From Camelus dromedarius (taxonomy: Eukaryota), in contig NC_087436.1 in the NCBI RefSeq assembly GCF_036321535.1, forward strand, positions 24,926,001 to 24,990,000: a stretch of 64,000 nt of DNA, read 5' to 3'. Shown piece by piece: positions 37,600-49,929 of the stretch (its first letter is position 1; each line of letters starts with the position of its first letter). A program made the position numbers and the translations under genes. The notes beneath the pieces were generated by a model. It ran no database searches, was not told the origin of the DNA, and was given only the letters and a program-made list of their open reading frames with translations.

Positions 37600-37829
37600 C
37601 TGTGTTTCTCAAACATTTTTCATTACTGCTCCAAGGAGCCATTTCTGGCTTTTCCCTCCTAATTTGCTCCCTACCCTGTGAGTTGTTAGTACCACAGATA
37701 CACTGTATGCTTATGTACTTGGGCCCTTTGGAGGGTCATGAACTATTAGAACATCTAACACTTTTTTCACCCCTTAAGAACCAGTTTACAACTCCCTGGG
37801 GGCAATATCATTCCCATTAAGAATGCATG
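37600..37829 (+). mobile_element. MER112-like hAT-Charlie element
   Basis: ctgtgtttctcaaacatttttcattac...taccacagatacactgtat...ggccctttggagggtca...ttaagaatgcatg, flanked by gtctaggg / gtctagag. Confidence 0.75.
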
Positions 37830-37837
37830 GTCTAGAG

Positions 37838-38051
37838 CAGTGATTCTTAACCAGGTGTGATTTTCCTCCCAAGGGACATTTGCCTGTATCTGAAGACAGT
37901 TTTGGTTATCACAGCTGGAGAAGGTACTACTGGCATCCATTGGTTAGAGGCCAACGATGCTGCAAAACATCCTACAATGCACAGAACAGTCTCCCGCACT
38001 AAGGAATTGTCTAATCCAAGATATCAATGGTGCGGAGGTTGAGAAATTGTA
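37838..38051 (+). mobile_element. MER20 hAT-Charlie element
   Basis: cagtgattcttaacc...gggacatttg...actggcatccattggttagaggccaacgatgctgcaaaacatcctacaatgcacagaacag...gaggttgagaaa. Confidence 0.9.
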
Positions 38052-38806
38052 GGGTAGAGTCTAGAATTTCTAAACTAAATGTCCAGGGTAAGGATTATCT
38101 TGAGAGAGGAGCTTTGAATTAGCTCAAAGATAAATGCTTGGGAATTTATTAGAGTTTTTAAAAACCTGAGCATGATTCAAAAGCTTTGGAGTCTGAAATC
38201 AGTGCTATCACAAGGCAGAAGAAGGAAATTGGATGGAATGAGCCAGAAGGCAGTGTGGGAGAATAAAACTGTCTCCTGATTGCCCCCTCCTGAGTTTGCT
38301 TTTAAATCAATTGGTTACAGTTATAACAAAATGGATTTGTAAGTTAGTGGTTTGGAACTCATAACTAATGGGGCGTATGGGCATTGGGTCCTCAGACCAG
38401 CTCACCGAAGCCCACCATGCAATGCATGTGAACAACTGTACTGATGAAATATGGCCCATGGCCACCATCGGCGGCTGTGTCTGGTGAAATGGGAATGGGG
38501 TTTTCTACCCTTCCAGTTCTAATTGTAGACAGTGTTTCCTGTGACCTACAGCAGGCGGTGGGACAGCAGTTATGAGGGTAAGAGAAGGTGTCACAGGCAT
38601 AGAAGGGAAATTCGACCTTCTGCTAAGGAGGACATTGTTTTCCTTCCAGGATGACTCCCTCTGTAAAAACATGCTCTGGCCTTTCTAAGACATTTATTTA
38701 TAGCATAATATGTTACATACCCAAGCAGAAAAAGGAAAGCTCTAAAATAGGAAATTTATTTTGCTTGATTTTCCACCAGAATCCTGACTTCAATAGTCAG
38801 GGAGAA

Positions 38807-39305
38807 TGTATCAGTTTCCTATCCCAAAACTCAGTGGCTTGAAATAACAATTTATTCTCAATTCTGCAATATGGGCTGAGCTCAGAGGGGTGACTTCTGC
38901 AGGTCTCACTAGATGTCGCCATTGTGCCTGCTGTCAGTTGGTGGGTGGATTGGGGACTGACTGGCCCCATGTGGTCTCAGTAACATGTCTGGGCCTCAGT
39001 GCTGATGGCTGTCTCTCTCCCTCTCCTTGTGGCCCATCCCCTAGAAGGTGCGCCTGGCCTTCCTCACGTGGCAGTCTCAGGGCGGCAAAAGGGTGAGAGG
39101 GGAAGCTGCAGGGCCTCTTAAAATTAAGACTGTGAAGTCACATGTCACTTCTGCTGCCTTTGATAACAGGAAGGGGTCAGCCTATATCAAAGGGAGGGAA
39201 ACTAGTTCCACCTCAAGCAGAAGAGTGGAAAAATCAGTGCATAGAAGCATATGCTTCCAGGAATGGGAGGAATGGATAAAGCCATTTTTGCAAGCAAGCT
39301 ACCAG
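38807..39305 (-). mobile_element. MaLR solo LTR (MLT1G/H-like)
   Basis: tgtatcagtt...cccaaaactcagtggcttgaaataacaatttatt...tgtcacttctgctgcc...gccatttttgcaa. Confidence 0.8.
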
Positions 39306-39904
39306 AGAGGATTTCCCCTCATCTATCAACATGTGTACAGATAAAAGTGCTTAGAATTTATTCGTGGGTTTAAGAATTCTCGTGCTGAGAATGACTGAAC
39401 AGTCTATAAGGAAAACAATACTATACTACAACAAATATGCTGGACATAGTTTCTGCTATAAAAAATACACAAGATGTACAGCAGCTTCTGGTATCTGTTG
39501 CCCGTCCCTCTTCACTGAGGAATGGAACTTGTGTAGTCCTATCTGGTTCCTCTTCTCTGTGTCCTATGTTGTTCATGTCCTGCACAGTTAAGCTGTCTGC
39601 AGGACTTGTTTCAGAACCCTGTTACTGTAATATGATCTTGACTTAGGCTGTTGTTTAAAATGCTGTCTTTGAGAGCTCAGAGTAGTCTCATAATGCAGTG
39701 GGTCTGTAGTGTTGAAAACCTAACCTGAGAGTTCTGTATGTGCTCTGCCAGGATCATATTTTTGTGCTTTGACACTGTTGTCTTCGTGTCATAAAAACAG
39801 GAGTGGTTTAAAAAAGATCCTGTGATGTGAAGAATCTTCTGCATGGAATCTGAACTACAAATACATCCTGTCTTTGCCCAGAGCTGTGACATTTCTAGTC
39901 TGTA

Positions 39905-40340
39905 GCTGATATAATGCTTTAGGCTGCAAGTAACAGAGGATGCGACTCAGACTGGCTTGACGATAAAGACATTTATCATCTCCTATAGCCTCAGGTTTGA
40001 TTCACTTAAGAGCTCAATGGTGAGCTCAGGTTCTGTCTCTCACAGTGTTGACTCTAATCTCTTGCTTTTATCTAACAGTAAGGTGAAAAAAACTTCTCCC
40101 CAACTATAGACATCCTCCATTCCATCTAATTGAACCATCTAAGCTCACCTTCCACTCTTAAAGCTTGAACACCTACCACTCTGGAATCCTCTAAGCTGAT
40201 TGGCTGAGGCTGATCATGAATGAGCCCTGGAGTCAGGGATGTCACCTTGCCCAGCATCATAAATGGGAAGGGGATCGCTGAATAAAACGTGGGTCCTGAC
40301 AGGAAGGTAGAATGGGAAATGGTGCAGTGTAGGCAACCAA
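39905..40340 (-). mobile_element. MaLR solo LTR (MLT1K/L-like)
   Basis: aatgctttaggctgcaagtaacagagg...actcagactggcttgac, tgattggctgaggctgatca, terminal gtaggcaacc. Confidence 0.7.
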
Positions 40341-40794
40341 AACTGACTTGTATAGAGAGTGACTCATAAATGTCCTCTGCGAAGCAGTAATGCTGGACGA
40401 TGCCGTGACTGATGAACCTAAAACTAAAATGAATAACAATAATAAAGGGGAAATTACAGAATTTCAAAAGATACTTTAAAAAATAAAAAGCCTGACATTC
40501 CTGGATTCTGTGAACAATCTCAACACGTCCCCCTGTCCCCTCCTTTCTGCTCAATATCACACGCAGAGACACAAAGGCACACACGTGATGTGTCGTGTGC
40601 TTAGGTCCCTAAAAGTAAAATGTGATTCATCAACACTTCACAGGAAAGCCCTGATCTGTTCTCAAGCATTTTTCTTCCCCAAGAATTGGCTTCTGTTGAA
40701 GGCCACCCGATGAGAGTGGTTGGGGATGGCAGTCCAGTGAGAGGGAGGATCTAGAGGTGGATTATTCTTTCTTACTCTCATCTCTGCTTCTTTA

Positions 40795-40922
40795 ACCTAC
40801 ACAGCTGTTAAAGGTAGACTTCCAGACAACAGTGTCTTGCTTGGTTTCCAGCTGCATCATTAGCACCTCAGTCAGCACCTGCCACAAAATAGACACTCAA
40901 TAAATTGTTGTTGAATCAATTG
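40795..40922 (+). mobile_element. L2 3' terminus
   Basis: tagcacctcagtcagcacctgccacaaaatagacactcaataaattgttgttgaat. Confidence 0.65.
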
Positions 40923-41799
40923 CTGCAAACCCTCCCAGGAATAGCAATGAGATGAGGGTAGCCATAGGAACAAGGAGTCTTCCAGCGTTGGCGAGCAGGA
41001 AGGGTAGAGGGTGGGAAGGGAAATGCCGCTCATTCATTTGGTTATTTGCAAGGTCAGGACTGCTTCGACAGCCTCCCCTCAAATTGTTAACTTCTTTTTT
41101 TATGAAGCAGAAATAAAACTAACCAGCTACTTCTTTAGAGAATAAGACATCCCTAGTTCATGTCTGTTGATGGGGTTTCGGAAGAAATTTAATTAGCATT
41201 CATGGATTTTGTCGTGTTTCGTGTAGCTTTTAACTTTTTCTCAGGAAAACATGTGAGACATGGAGTGAGTATAAAGCATCCCGTGTGTTTTGTTTGAAGA
41301 TGTTGATGAGAATGGCTGTCCTTTGATGCTATTTCTGTGGAATTTAAATATAAACATTTTGATAAAAGCTGAATTCCAAGCATCCTCACAACCCTTTGAT
41401 GCCTCACTATGAAGGGAATGAGAGACCTTGGTTGGGGGCAGGGGTGGTAAATGGGATGATTGCTTCCTTTTGCCTGAATAACTCTATTAGCTGCTGGGAT
41501 TCTTTCTTTTCTCTTGGGAGTCCGTTGCTGTTGTTGCTTGTATAAATTCACTGTCCCAATTCCCAGGCTTCCCTAAAGGAGATACGGTCTCTTGGGATTG
41601 TTAATGGTGACTCACTGTGTGTGTCTGCAAGAACAGCCCAACTATTATCTGTGAAGATGATAAAACAGCTCTCTTTTAGTGAGTTAGGGTGATGAGTGCC
41701 AGGTCTGTGCTAGGCTCTACACATGCCTTTCTGAGGAATCTTAACAAAAACGCTGCGAGGTAGGTGTTTATTTTACTTCTCCCCCTGCCCTTTTGTGGT

Positions 41800-42412
41800 C
41801 TGTTATTAATGCAGCAGCCGAGTGATCGAGTGATCCTGGTCAAGTGACAGTAGATCTTGTCACCCCTCTGCTCAGAACCTTCCAGCAGCTTTCTGTCTGT
41901 CTCTGAGTAACAGCCAAAGTCCTTCCTATAACCTGCAGGTCCTGTGATTGGCCACCTCCCCTTTACCTCTCTGATTTCATCTTCCCTCCCTTCATTCCTG
42001 CTACTATGTAAACTACACTGGGCCCCTGTGCTGTTTTTTGGTGAAATTTCTACCTCAGGGTCTTAGTATTTTCTGTTACTTCTGTTTGAAATGGTTGCTC
42101 CTAAAATAGGCACCCGGATAGCAGCCCAATTCCTTCAGGTCTTTATTGCATAGTCGGTTTCTTACTAAGGACTTCCCTTGCAATCCTAACTCAAGTTTCA
42201 CCACCCTTCCCAACATTGAACATTTTGTACCTTGCTTTACAACTTTAATTTTTTTTTTGTATCAACCCCATTAGAATGTAAGCTCCACAAACATAAGGAT
42301 TTTTCTGTTCTCTCCCCCTTTCCTTGACTCTACAACTTACACCCAGCACCTTAGAACAGAGCCTGGACACACATGAAGTACATACTAAATATTTATTGAA
42401 TGCTGAATGATG
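41800..42412 (+). mobile_element. L2 3' end
   Basis: tgtcacccctctgctcagaaccttccagcagct...ttagaatgtaagctccac...taaatatttattgaatgctgaatga. Confidence 0.85.
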
Positions 42413-42413
42413 A

Positions 42414-42535
42414 TTTCATTCTTTCAGTCATCAGATGTTTATTCTGAATTTACTAAGAGCCAGACATTATGCTGCAAGCCCATAAGAACAAAACTGAACC
42501 ACAGAGAGACAAGGTCTCTAACTTCATTGAATCTA
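42414..42535 (-). mobile_element. L2 3' terminus, tail-to-tail with the preceding L2
   Basis: tcattctttcagtcatcagatgtttattctgaatttactaagagccagacattatgct...agacaaggtctcta. Confidence 0.65.
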
Positions 42536-44050
42536 AAATAAAGAAAGGAAAGAAACAGTTAAGCAAGTGCCTGTTTTATACATGTGGACTCTAAATTTCA
42601 CAGAAATTAGTGACATTCCCCGATGTCTACTGTTCTTCAGTGACACAATTGGGATGAACAACCAGGAATTTAAAATTACAATGTCAGCCCTCTTTCCTTT
42701 ATGCCATGCTGGGATTGACACATATTTTTTTTCCTAAATTACTAATCGGACATGTTTGTGTGTACTGTCAGTGCCCTTCACTGAGTGGGAGTTATGTTGC
42801 TGCTCACATCTATTGGGATAGTTCTCTAAGGTATTAAGGATTATCATTAGATGAAGCTCATCAATCATTATTATTGTGGATAAGCTTCATTTGATCTGCC
42901 CTTCAAGAATATCAAAAGAAGAATAACAACTATTTCATCTCACTTGTTCTAAATAAAGAAAAAATCCTTTGGCTTGTTCTATGCATAGGACAATGTGAAA
43001 ATAAAATCTGCTAAGTGGACCCCTGATCTTACAGTTCACAATAAGAAATGTTTTTGAAAAGGCTAGGTTGCCCAGTAAATTTCAGCTTTATATAGTAAGT
43101 ATACATTTTTAAGTTTGATATTTTTGATCAGAAGGGATATTAAAGTAGGGATCTATTTAGAAGTCATATTTTCACTGTTAAGTCCTGTTTTGTTAGTTTG
43201 GGAATTTTCACAGAGAACACTTTCAGACACTTAATTTCATGTTTTTTAAAGGGGAAAAAAAACCAAAACTAAACTAAATCTCCTAAACAGCATCAACAGG
43301 ATTTTAGACAGATGTTGGTTGATGGTCTATGTTAGGAGATAATTATATATGTCATCTGATGAATATAGAGGAAATCTCCACATTTGGAAACGTATCACTT
43401 CACAAAAGAAAGGCTTCTCAAGGCTTATCACCTCCACTGCTATTTGATAGTACAGGCTTGAGGCTATGGTTTTGTGCTCTTTAGTGAGAAATAACAAAAG
43501 ATACTGTTGGGAAAAGTTCTGCCACAGTCATGCTGTACCTTATAGAATGCAAAAAGGCTTAGCTTTAGTAAGACCCTTGTCCTTTTCATATCTAACTGTG
43601 TGATTTTTGGTGAAAATTCATGGGAACAGAGCATAGTTATCACTCTCTCATCTGTTTAATCCTTTCAACTTCACTGTTGGTGAGGAGAGATCTTTCAGTG
43701 TATAAATGCCATCAGCATTAGCAGGGAATAACCTTGTTTTAATTTTTTTTTTTTTAATAAATACTAGTCTCTGAAGAAGAAATCTTCACTGTACTCCTCT
43801 CTGGCTGGAAGTGGGAACGGATCAAAGGGCTAGGTGTGGGATAAAGCCAGGACCCTGGAGGAGGGAATGAGACTAGGATCGAGGAAACCAAGGGAAAGGG
43901 CCTTGCAGCTGACCCTTCCAGTTGCCCTGAGCCACCATGCAAAATTCTATGTCAAAGTCATTATGTATGTTGTATTGGTAATTACCCTGTCCTCAGGCTC
44001 CCTGTAAAGACATGGTTATCACATGCTGTGAAAATCATGTGCATTTCTCA

Positions 44051-44716
44051 CATGAAAAAATGCTCAATATCACTAATTATCAGAGAAATGCAAATCAAAA
44101 CTACAATGAGGTATCACCTCACACCAGTCAGAATGGCCGTCATTCAAAAATCCACAAATGACAAATGCTGGAGAGGCTGTGGAGAAAGGGGAACCCTCCT
44201 ACACTGCTGGTGGGAATGCAGTTTGGTGCAGCCACTATGGAAAACAGTGTGGAGATTCCTCAAAAGACTAGGAACAGACTTACCATATGACCCAGGAATC
44301 CCACTCCTGGGCTTGTATCCAGAAGGAAATCTACGTCAGGATGACACCTGCACCCCAATGTTCATAGCAGCACTATTTACAATAGCCAAAACATGGAAAC
44401 AGCCTAAATGTCCATCAACAGGTGACTGGATAAAGAAGAGGTGGTATATTTATACAATGGAATACTACTCAGCCATAAAAACCGACAACATAATGCCATT
44501 TGCAGCAACATGGATGCTCCTGGAGAATGTCATTCTAAGTGAAGTAAGCCAGAAAGAGAAAGAAAAATACCATATGAGATCGCTCATATGTGGAATCTAA
44601 AAAACAAAAACAAAAACAAACAAACAAACAAAAACAAAGCATAAATAAAGGACAGAAATAGACTCACAGACAGAGAATACAGACTTGTGGTTAACAGGGG
44701 GGTGGAGGGTGGGAAA
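44051..44716 (+). mobile_element. Young lineage-specific L1, 5'- and 3'-truncated, with uninterrupted ORF2 C-terminus
   Basis: ORF to 44600 [26 protein letters not shown]...[19 protein letters not shown] (CCHC); 20-bp TSD aaaatYatgtgcatttctca at 44031-44050 and 44717-44736. Confidence 0.95.
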
Positions 44717-45021
44717 AAAATTATGTGCATTTCTCAAAAACCTGAAAGATAAATGTTTTGCTATAAACAGGATAATCTTAAATTTAAAGTGAAGGCATGA
44801 AGAAATGATTCGATCATTTGATATGATTTCCCCCAAATTGTAATAGTTCCATGGAAAGTAACAGGAAAATTATAAAGGTTCATAGATGGGCTAAAGTGTT
44901 CACCCCAGACTTCTTCTTTGTCATTAGCGCTAGCACCAAAAATATAAATGCCTACATGAATCAGTGCTAGGTGTGCATGGAATGAAGTGTGCACTAGTCT
45001 TTTAGATGAATAAAAGTATAA

Positions 45022-45324
45022 AAAGAAACAGACTCACAGACACAGAGAACAAACTGATGGTCACCAGAGGGGAAAGGAGGTGGGAAGGGATAAATTGAGA
45101 GTTCAAGATTTGCAGATACTAACTACTATATATAAAATAGATAAACAAGGTCCTACTGTATACCCCAGGGAACTAGATTCAATATCTTATGGTAACCTAT
45201 CAAGAAAAAGAATATGAAAAGGAATATAGGTGTTTATATGTATGACTGAAACATTATGCTGTGCACCAGAAACTGACACAACATTGTAACTTGACTATAC
45301 TTCAATTTAAAAAATAATTTAAAA
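45022..45324 (+). mobile_element. Artiodactyl-type L1 3' UTR, 5'-truncated
   Basis: cagactcacagacacagagaacaaactgatgg...cattgtaacttgactatacttcaatttaaaaaa; candidate TSD aaaagYataa at 45012-45021 and 45325-45334. Confidence 0.9.
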
Positions 45325-45879
45325 AAAAGCATAATGGCATATTTTAGTCCTCTAAAATTAGTCAGTCTGTGGGTATGTTGCTTTTGGAATGAAAGTGTCC
45401 AAAGTATTCTGAGGAAGAGAGCATAATCTCTCACTATGAAGTCTTATAAGTTCAAAGAAAACACAATGCCAGATTTTAAAAGTTAGCTATTTAAAAGAGA
45501 TAAGGCATTCCAGATTGGATGCTAAGTTGTTTAAAATGATCAATTTTGGCTACAGGGAATAGAAAATCAGGCTTATTGCAAATGTTTGAAAACACAAATA
45601 AATGGGCTCTGAGAAGAGAATCGATTCTGTCTCACCTGTTTCAGTTTCCCAGAAATTAGGTCTTTTCTGCTCATTTCCAGTTTTGTTGGATATTCTGGTT
45701 CAGTGAGACCATGGCATAGCTGAATTCTGTATAGGTAAGTTGTTTCTATACAACTTCATCGTAGTTAGATTAGTCTGTATGTTTTTCTATTACTTTACTG
45801 GAAATAGATTTAACCCAGTATGCAACAATAAGATGCCTACATGGTATTTGCAAAATTCTCAACAGAATTGAGATTATAA

Positions 45880-46520
45880 TCACTTGAATCTTGAGGAATC
45901 AGTCATGCTAAAAGGTATGCCATGCACAGGTTTTCTGGAATATTCAGACTATGCCCAAAATTTTCATCACCATGTACTTCATCTAAGTATTTTCAATAAC
46001 TTATGAGTCTGAAGTCTGCAGTCATCCTGCCTGTAAAACAGCTGCTGAGGTCCACAAAACAACTGCTACCTGGACAGCAGAATCACGAAGCAGAGCTTAG
46101 ATTAAAGTCCCTCTTACTGGCTTTGATTTTTTTAGTATGTGTATATATATATATATTATTCCATACCTGGACAGGCTGGGAAGAGGGGAGTCATTTTACA
46201 TGTTGGATGCTTCATTTGGCAGTCATCATGGAGACTCTGCTGGCAAGAGCATTCTCCATCATACCCAGATGGAGCCATACTTAGAAACCTTCCAACTCTC
46301 TGATGAGTAAGGTCATTAAACAGATGAAAAATAAGAAAGCATCTGGAAATGATACCATCCCTGCCAAACGTTCACACTAGAGAAAAAGTGTAACACATGT
46401 AATGTCTCTGTATTTGCCTCTTGAGATACGAGAATGAAAGAGAAAATGCTGTATGTCCCTAGGGATGTGGAAGTTATGAGTTTTACACAATGATATACAT
46501 CCAATGGCAGGATAGATCGC
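45880..46520 (+). mobile_element. Ancient RTE-clade LINE remnant (MamRTE1-like), region leading into the RT domain
   Basis: 46315-46365 translates IKQMKNKKASGNDTIPA, like the K-A-x-G-x-D-x-I-P motif preceding non-LTR RT domains; flanks show frameshifted similarity. Confidence 0.55.
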
Positions 46521-47231
46521 ATTCCTGAACCAGCTGCAAAGCATATGTTTTAGATAAGAGTTTTCATAAATAAGTATCCATGAGAAAACTCCAATTTCTA
46601 TTTTGGAAAGACAGTAAATTCATGTCTTAAAGGTGAGTGTTTTGACATGGAGATTTCACCTTTCTCTCTACAATGAACTTCTGTTTCATCTAGTTTCTAA
46701 TGCTTTTCTTAGAAAATACTGAATAAATGTCTTTCACCCACTTTGAGATGTTTTCATCAAGAAAAGAAGCTCATCGATGTCTTAGTGACTTGAAAGGAGC
46801 CTTAAAGTTCCTGCTTTAGAATCTATCCATATTTAATCTCTGAGAGATGAATAACATTTTCAGAACTGAAGAAACTACTTTGTATACTTTCTCGCCATTA
46901 GAAGATTTGAGAAAAGCCTTAGTTACTGGAGGTGCCCAGGATTTGGAACCAGAAAACCTAAGCAGAAATCCTATTTTTACTATTTTCTGGGAAGTTATTG
47001 AGCCTCTGTTTTATGACTCTCCAAACTAGATGTAATAGTAACACTTACTGAAAAGGGCTTTGTAACTATAATACACTATCACAGTGTTAGTCTCACTCCT
47101 TCCTCCTACAATCTACTTTTAAAAAATGTTCTGCTACCTTTTTGTTAGTTCTCTGAAATTGTAAATTATGTTTCCTTTTGACAAAGTGCTTATAGTTACC
47201 ACTGTCTTAATATATGTATTGGGTAGGTAAG

Positions 47232-47330
47232 TATGTTAGTCAAATAGTGCCATGATGATGCTGCATAACAAACAGTCATAAAAATCTCAGTGGCATAAAA
47301 CAAAATCATATATTTCTCACTCATGAGACC
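47232..47330 (-). mobile_element. MLT1 LTR end fragment
   Basis: atgctgcataacaaacagtcataaaaatctcagtggcataaaacaa. Confidence 0.7.
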
Positions 47331-47339
47331 AGCTAGTGT

Positions 47340-47975
47340 TTTGCCCTAGAAATCCTCTGTGCTCCACTCACTTCTTCCTCAGCCCTGGTGACCACTAATC
47401 TTTTGTTGTCTCCATACTTTTGCTTTTTCTAGAATCATATGCTTGGAATCATGTAGTATATAGTGTTTTCATAATGGCTTCTTTTGCTTAGTAATATACA
47501 TTTAATTTTCTTCTTTGTCTTTTCATGGGTTGATGGCTTATTTCTTTTCAGTGCTGGGTAATTTTTCATTGTCTGAATGTACCCCAGTTTATTCATCCAT
47601 TCACCCATTGCAGGACATCTTGATTGCTTCCAAGTTTGAGCAATTAAGAATAAAGCTACTCTAAACGTTCATGTGCAGGTTTTTGTGTGGACCTAAGTTT
47701 TCGTTTCTTTTGGGTAAATACCAAGGAATTCAATGGCTGAATTGTATGGCAAGACTAAGTTTAATTTTGTAAGAAGTTGCCAAACCATCTTCCAAAATGG
47801 CTGTATCATTTTGGACCCTTACTAGTGATCTATGAGAGTGTGTGTTGTTTCATATACTTGCCGGCATTTGGTGTTGCCAGTGTTTTGGATTTTGACCATT
47901 CTGATAAATAGATGTGTAGTGATATCTTGTTTAGTTGGTGTTTCCTCAGTGATAAATGATGTGGAGAATTTTTTT
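47340..47975 (-). mobile_element. L1MC-like 3' region
   Basis: cctagaaatcctctgtgctccact...gccctggtgaccactaatctttt...gacatcttgattgcttccaagtttgagcaatta. Confidence 0.85.
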
Positions 47976-48369
47976 AATATTAATTTTTTTATTGATTTAC
48001 TGTTTATTATGTGATTGTTGGACAGTTTTGAAAAACAAACATGGAATTATCAGAAGTAACATTAATTTTTATTGAAAATTACATCTTGCTAAAAATGAAT
48101 TTCCGGCAATTGGGATATATTTGATGCACCAAGAAGGATTTATTTTAACACCAATAACATTTATTTTAAATGGAAATTCAGTGCTCAGAATGTTGAAATT
48201 AATTAGCCCTCTATGATTCTAATTTGTGTTCCATAAATACTGTCCCTTTCTTCTTTTTTTAAATATCATATCATTTTTTCCCACATACTGACTCAGCACT
48301 TCTCTTCTCTGCTAGTTGAACTCCTGCCTAGTCCACAAAGATCAAAGTCTTGTGTAAATAAACACACCG

Positions 48370-48540
48370 CTAATCATAATGTATTTTTTAAAGTTCACAA
48401 AGGACTTTCACATATAGATTCTCATTCAATGCTCTTGACAGACTCTGGAGTGGATATTGTCAGAACTTTCATTTTACATATAAGAAAATTCAGTCTTTGT
48501 GCAGCTGAGCAACTAGCCCAGGGACATACAGTTAAATTGA
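48370..48540 (-). mobile_element. MIR fragment
   Basis: ttctcattcaatgctcttgaca...cattttacatataagaaaattcagtct...gcccagggacatacag. Confidence 0.6.
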
Positions 48541-48569
48541 CTACAATTTAGCATTTTAGGGAAAATTTT

Positions 48570-49928
48570 TTCTTTCCTTTTTGCTTTTTGACCCCCTTCA
48601 CACATTTTCCCACCCCCACTTTCACATCTGACACCATCAATCTGTTCTCTGTAGCTATAAGCTTGTTTTTGCTTGTTTTTGCTGTTTGTAGATTCCACAT
48701 ATAAAAGTGATCATACAGTATTTGTTTTTCTCTGTCTGACTTAGATTCACTTAGCACAATGCTGTCAAAGTCCAGCCATGTTTTTGCAAATGGCAAGATT
48801 TCTTTTTTATGACTAATATTCCATTGTGTGTCTGTGCGTGCATGTGTGTATATATATATCACATCGTTTTATCCATTCATCTATCGATGTACACTTAGGT
48901 TGCTTTCATATCTTAGCTATTGTAAATAATGCTGCAGTGAACATTGTGGTGCATATGTCTTTTAAAATTAGTGTTTTTGTTTTTTTCAGACAAATACCCA
49001 GAATTGGAATTGCTGGATTATATGGTAGTTGTACGTTTTTACTTTTTGAGGAACTTCCGCATTGTTTTCTACAGTGGTTGCAGCAATTTACATTCCCACC
49101 AACAATTCACAAGGGTTCCCTTTTTTCCCACATCCTTGCCAACATTTGTTATTTGTTTTATAATAATCATTCTAACAAGTGTAAGGTGATAGTTCATTGT
49201 GGTTTTTATTTGCATTTTCTGGGTAATTAATGATGTTGACCATCATTTCATGTACCTGTTTTACATGTACATATATATATCTTCTTTGAAGAATGTTTAT
49301 TTAGATTTTTCTGCCCATTTTTTTGTTGTATTGTTTGTTGTTTGTTTTGTTTTTTGCTGTTAGTTATATGAGTTATTTATGTATTTTGGATATTAGCCAC
49401 TTGTGAGATATGCGATTTGCAAATATTCTCATCTCATTCATTAGGCTGCCTTTTCATTTTGTTGATGATTTTCTTTGCTGTGCAGAAGCTTTTTAGTTTG
49501 ATGTAGTCCCGGTTGTTTATTTTTGCTTCTGTTTTTGGTGTCAGATTCAAAATATTATCAGTGAGACCTGTGTCAGGGAGCTAATTGCCTCTGTTTTAAG
49601 AGTTTTATGATTTCAGATCTTATATTTAACTCTAGTTCATTTTGAGTTAGTTTTTGTTTATCTTGTAAGATGGTGGTTAAGTTTTATTCTTTTACATGTT
49701 GCATCCAGTTTTCCCAATACCATTCCCCATTGTATATTTTTGGCTCCTTTCTTGTAAATTAATTGACCATATATGTATGGATTTATGTCTGGTCTCTATT
49801 ATGTTTTATTGACCCCTGTGTCTGTTTTTATGCTAATACCATACTGTTTTAATGACTACAGGTTTGTAATATAGTTTGAAATTAGGGAGTGTGTTACCTC
49901 TAGCCTTGTTCTTCTTCCTCTAGATTGT
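48570..49928 (-). mobile_element. L1 (late L1MA-like) ORF2 3' part and partial 3' UTR
   Basis: ORF 48548-48862 KKEILPFAKTWLDFDSIVLSE; continuous antisense L1 up to ttgttcttcttcctctagattg. Confidence 0.9.
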
Positions 49929-49929
49929 A

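Noticed and set aside
40126..40584. 152-aa minus-strand ORF
   Set aside because: Half lies in an MLT1 LTR and I recognise no homology.
44028..44600. 190-aa ORF as a host gene
   Set aside because: It is the L1 ORF2 C-terminus within a TSD-bounded truncated insertion; its listed start is a GTG in flanking sequence.
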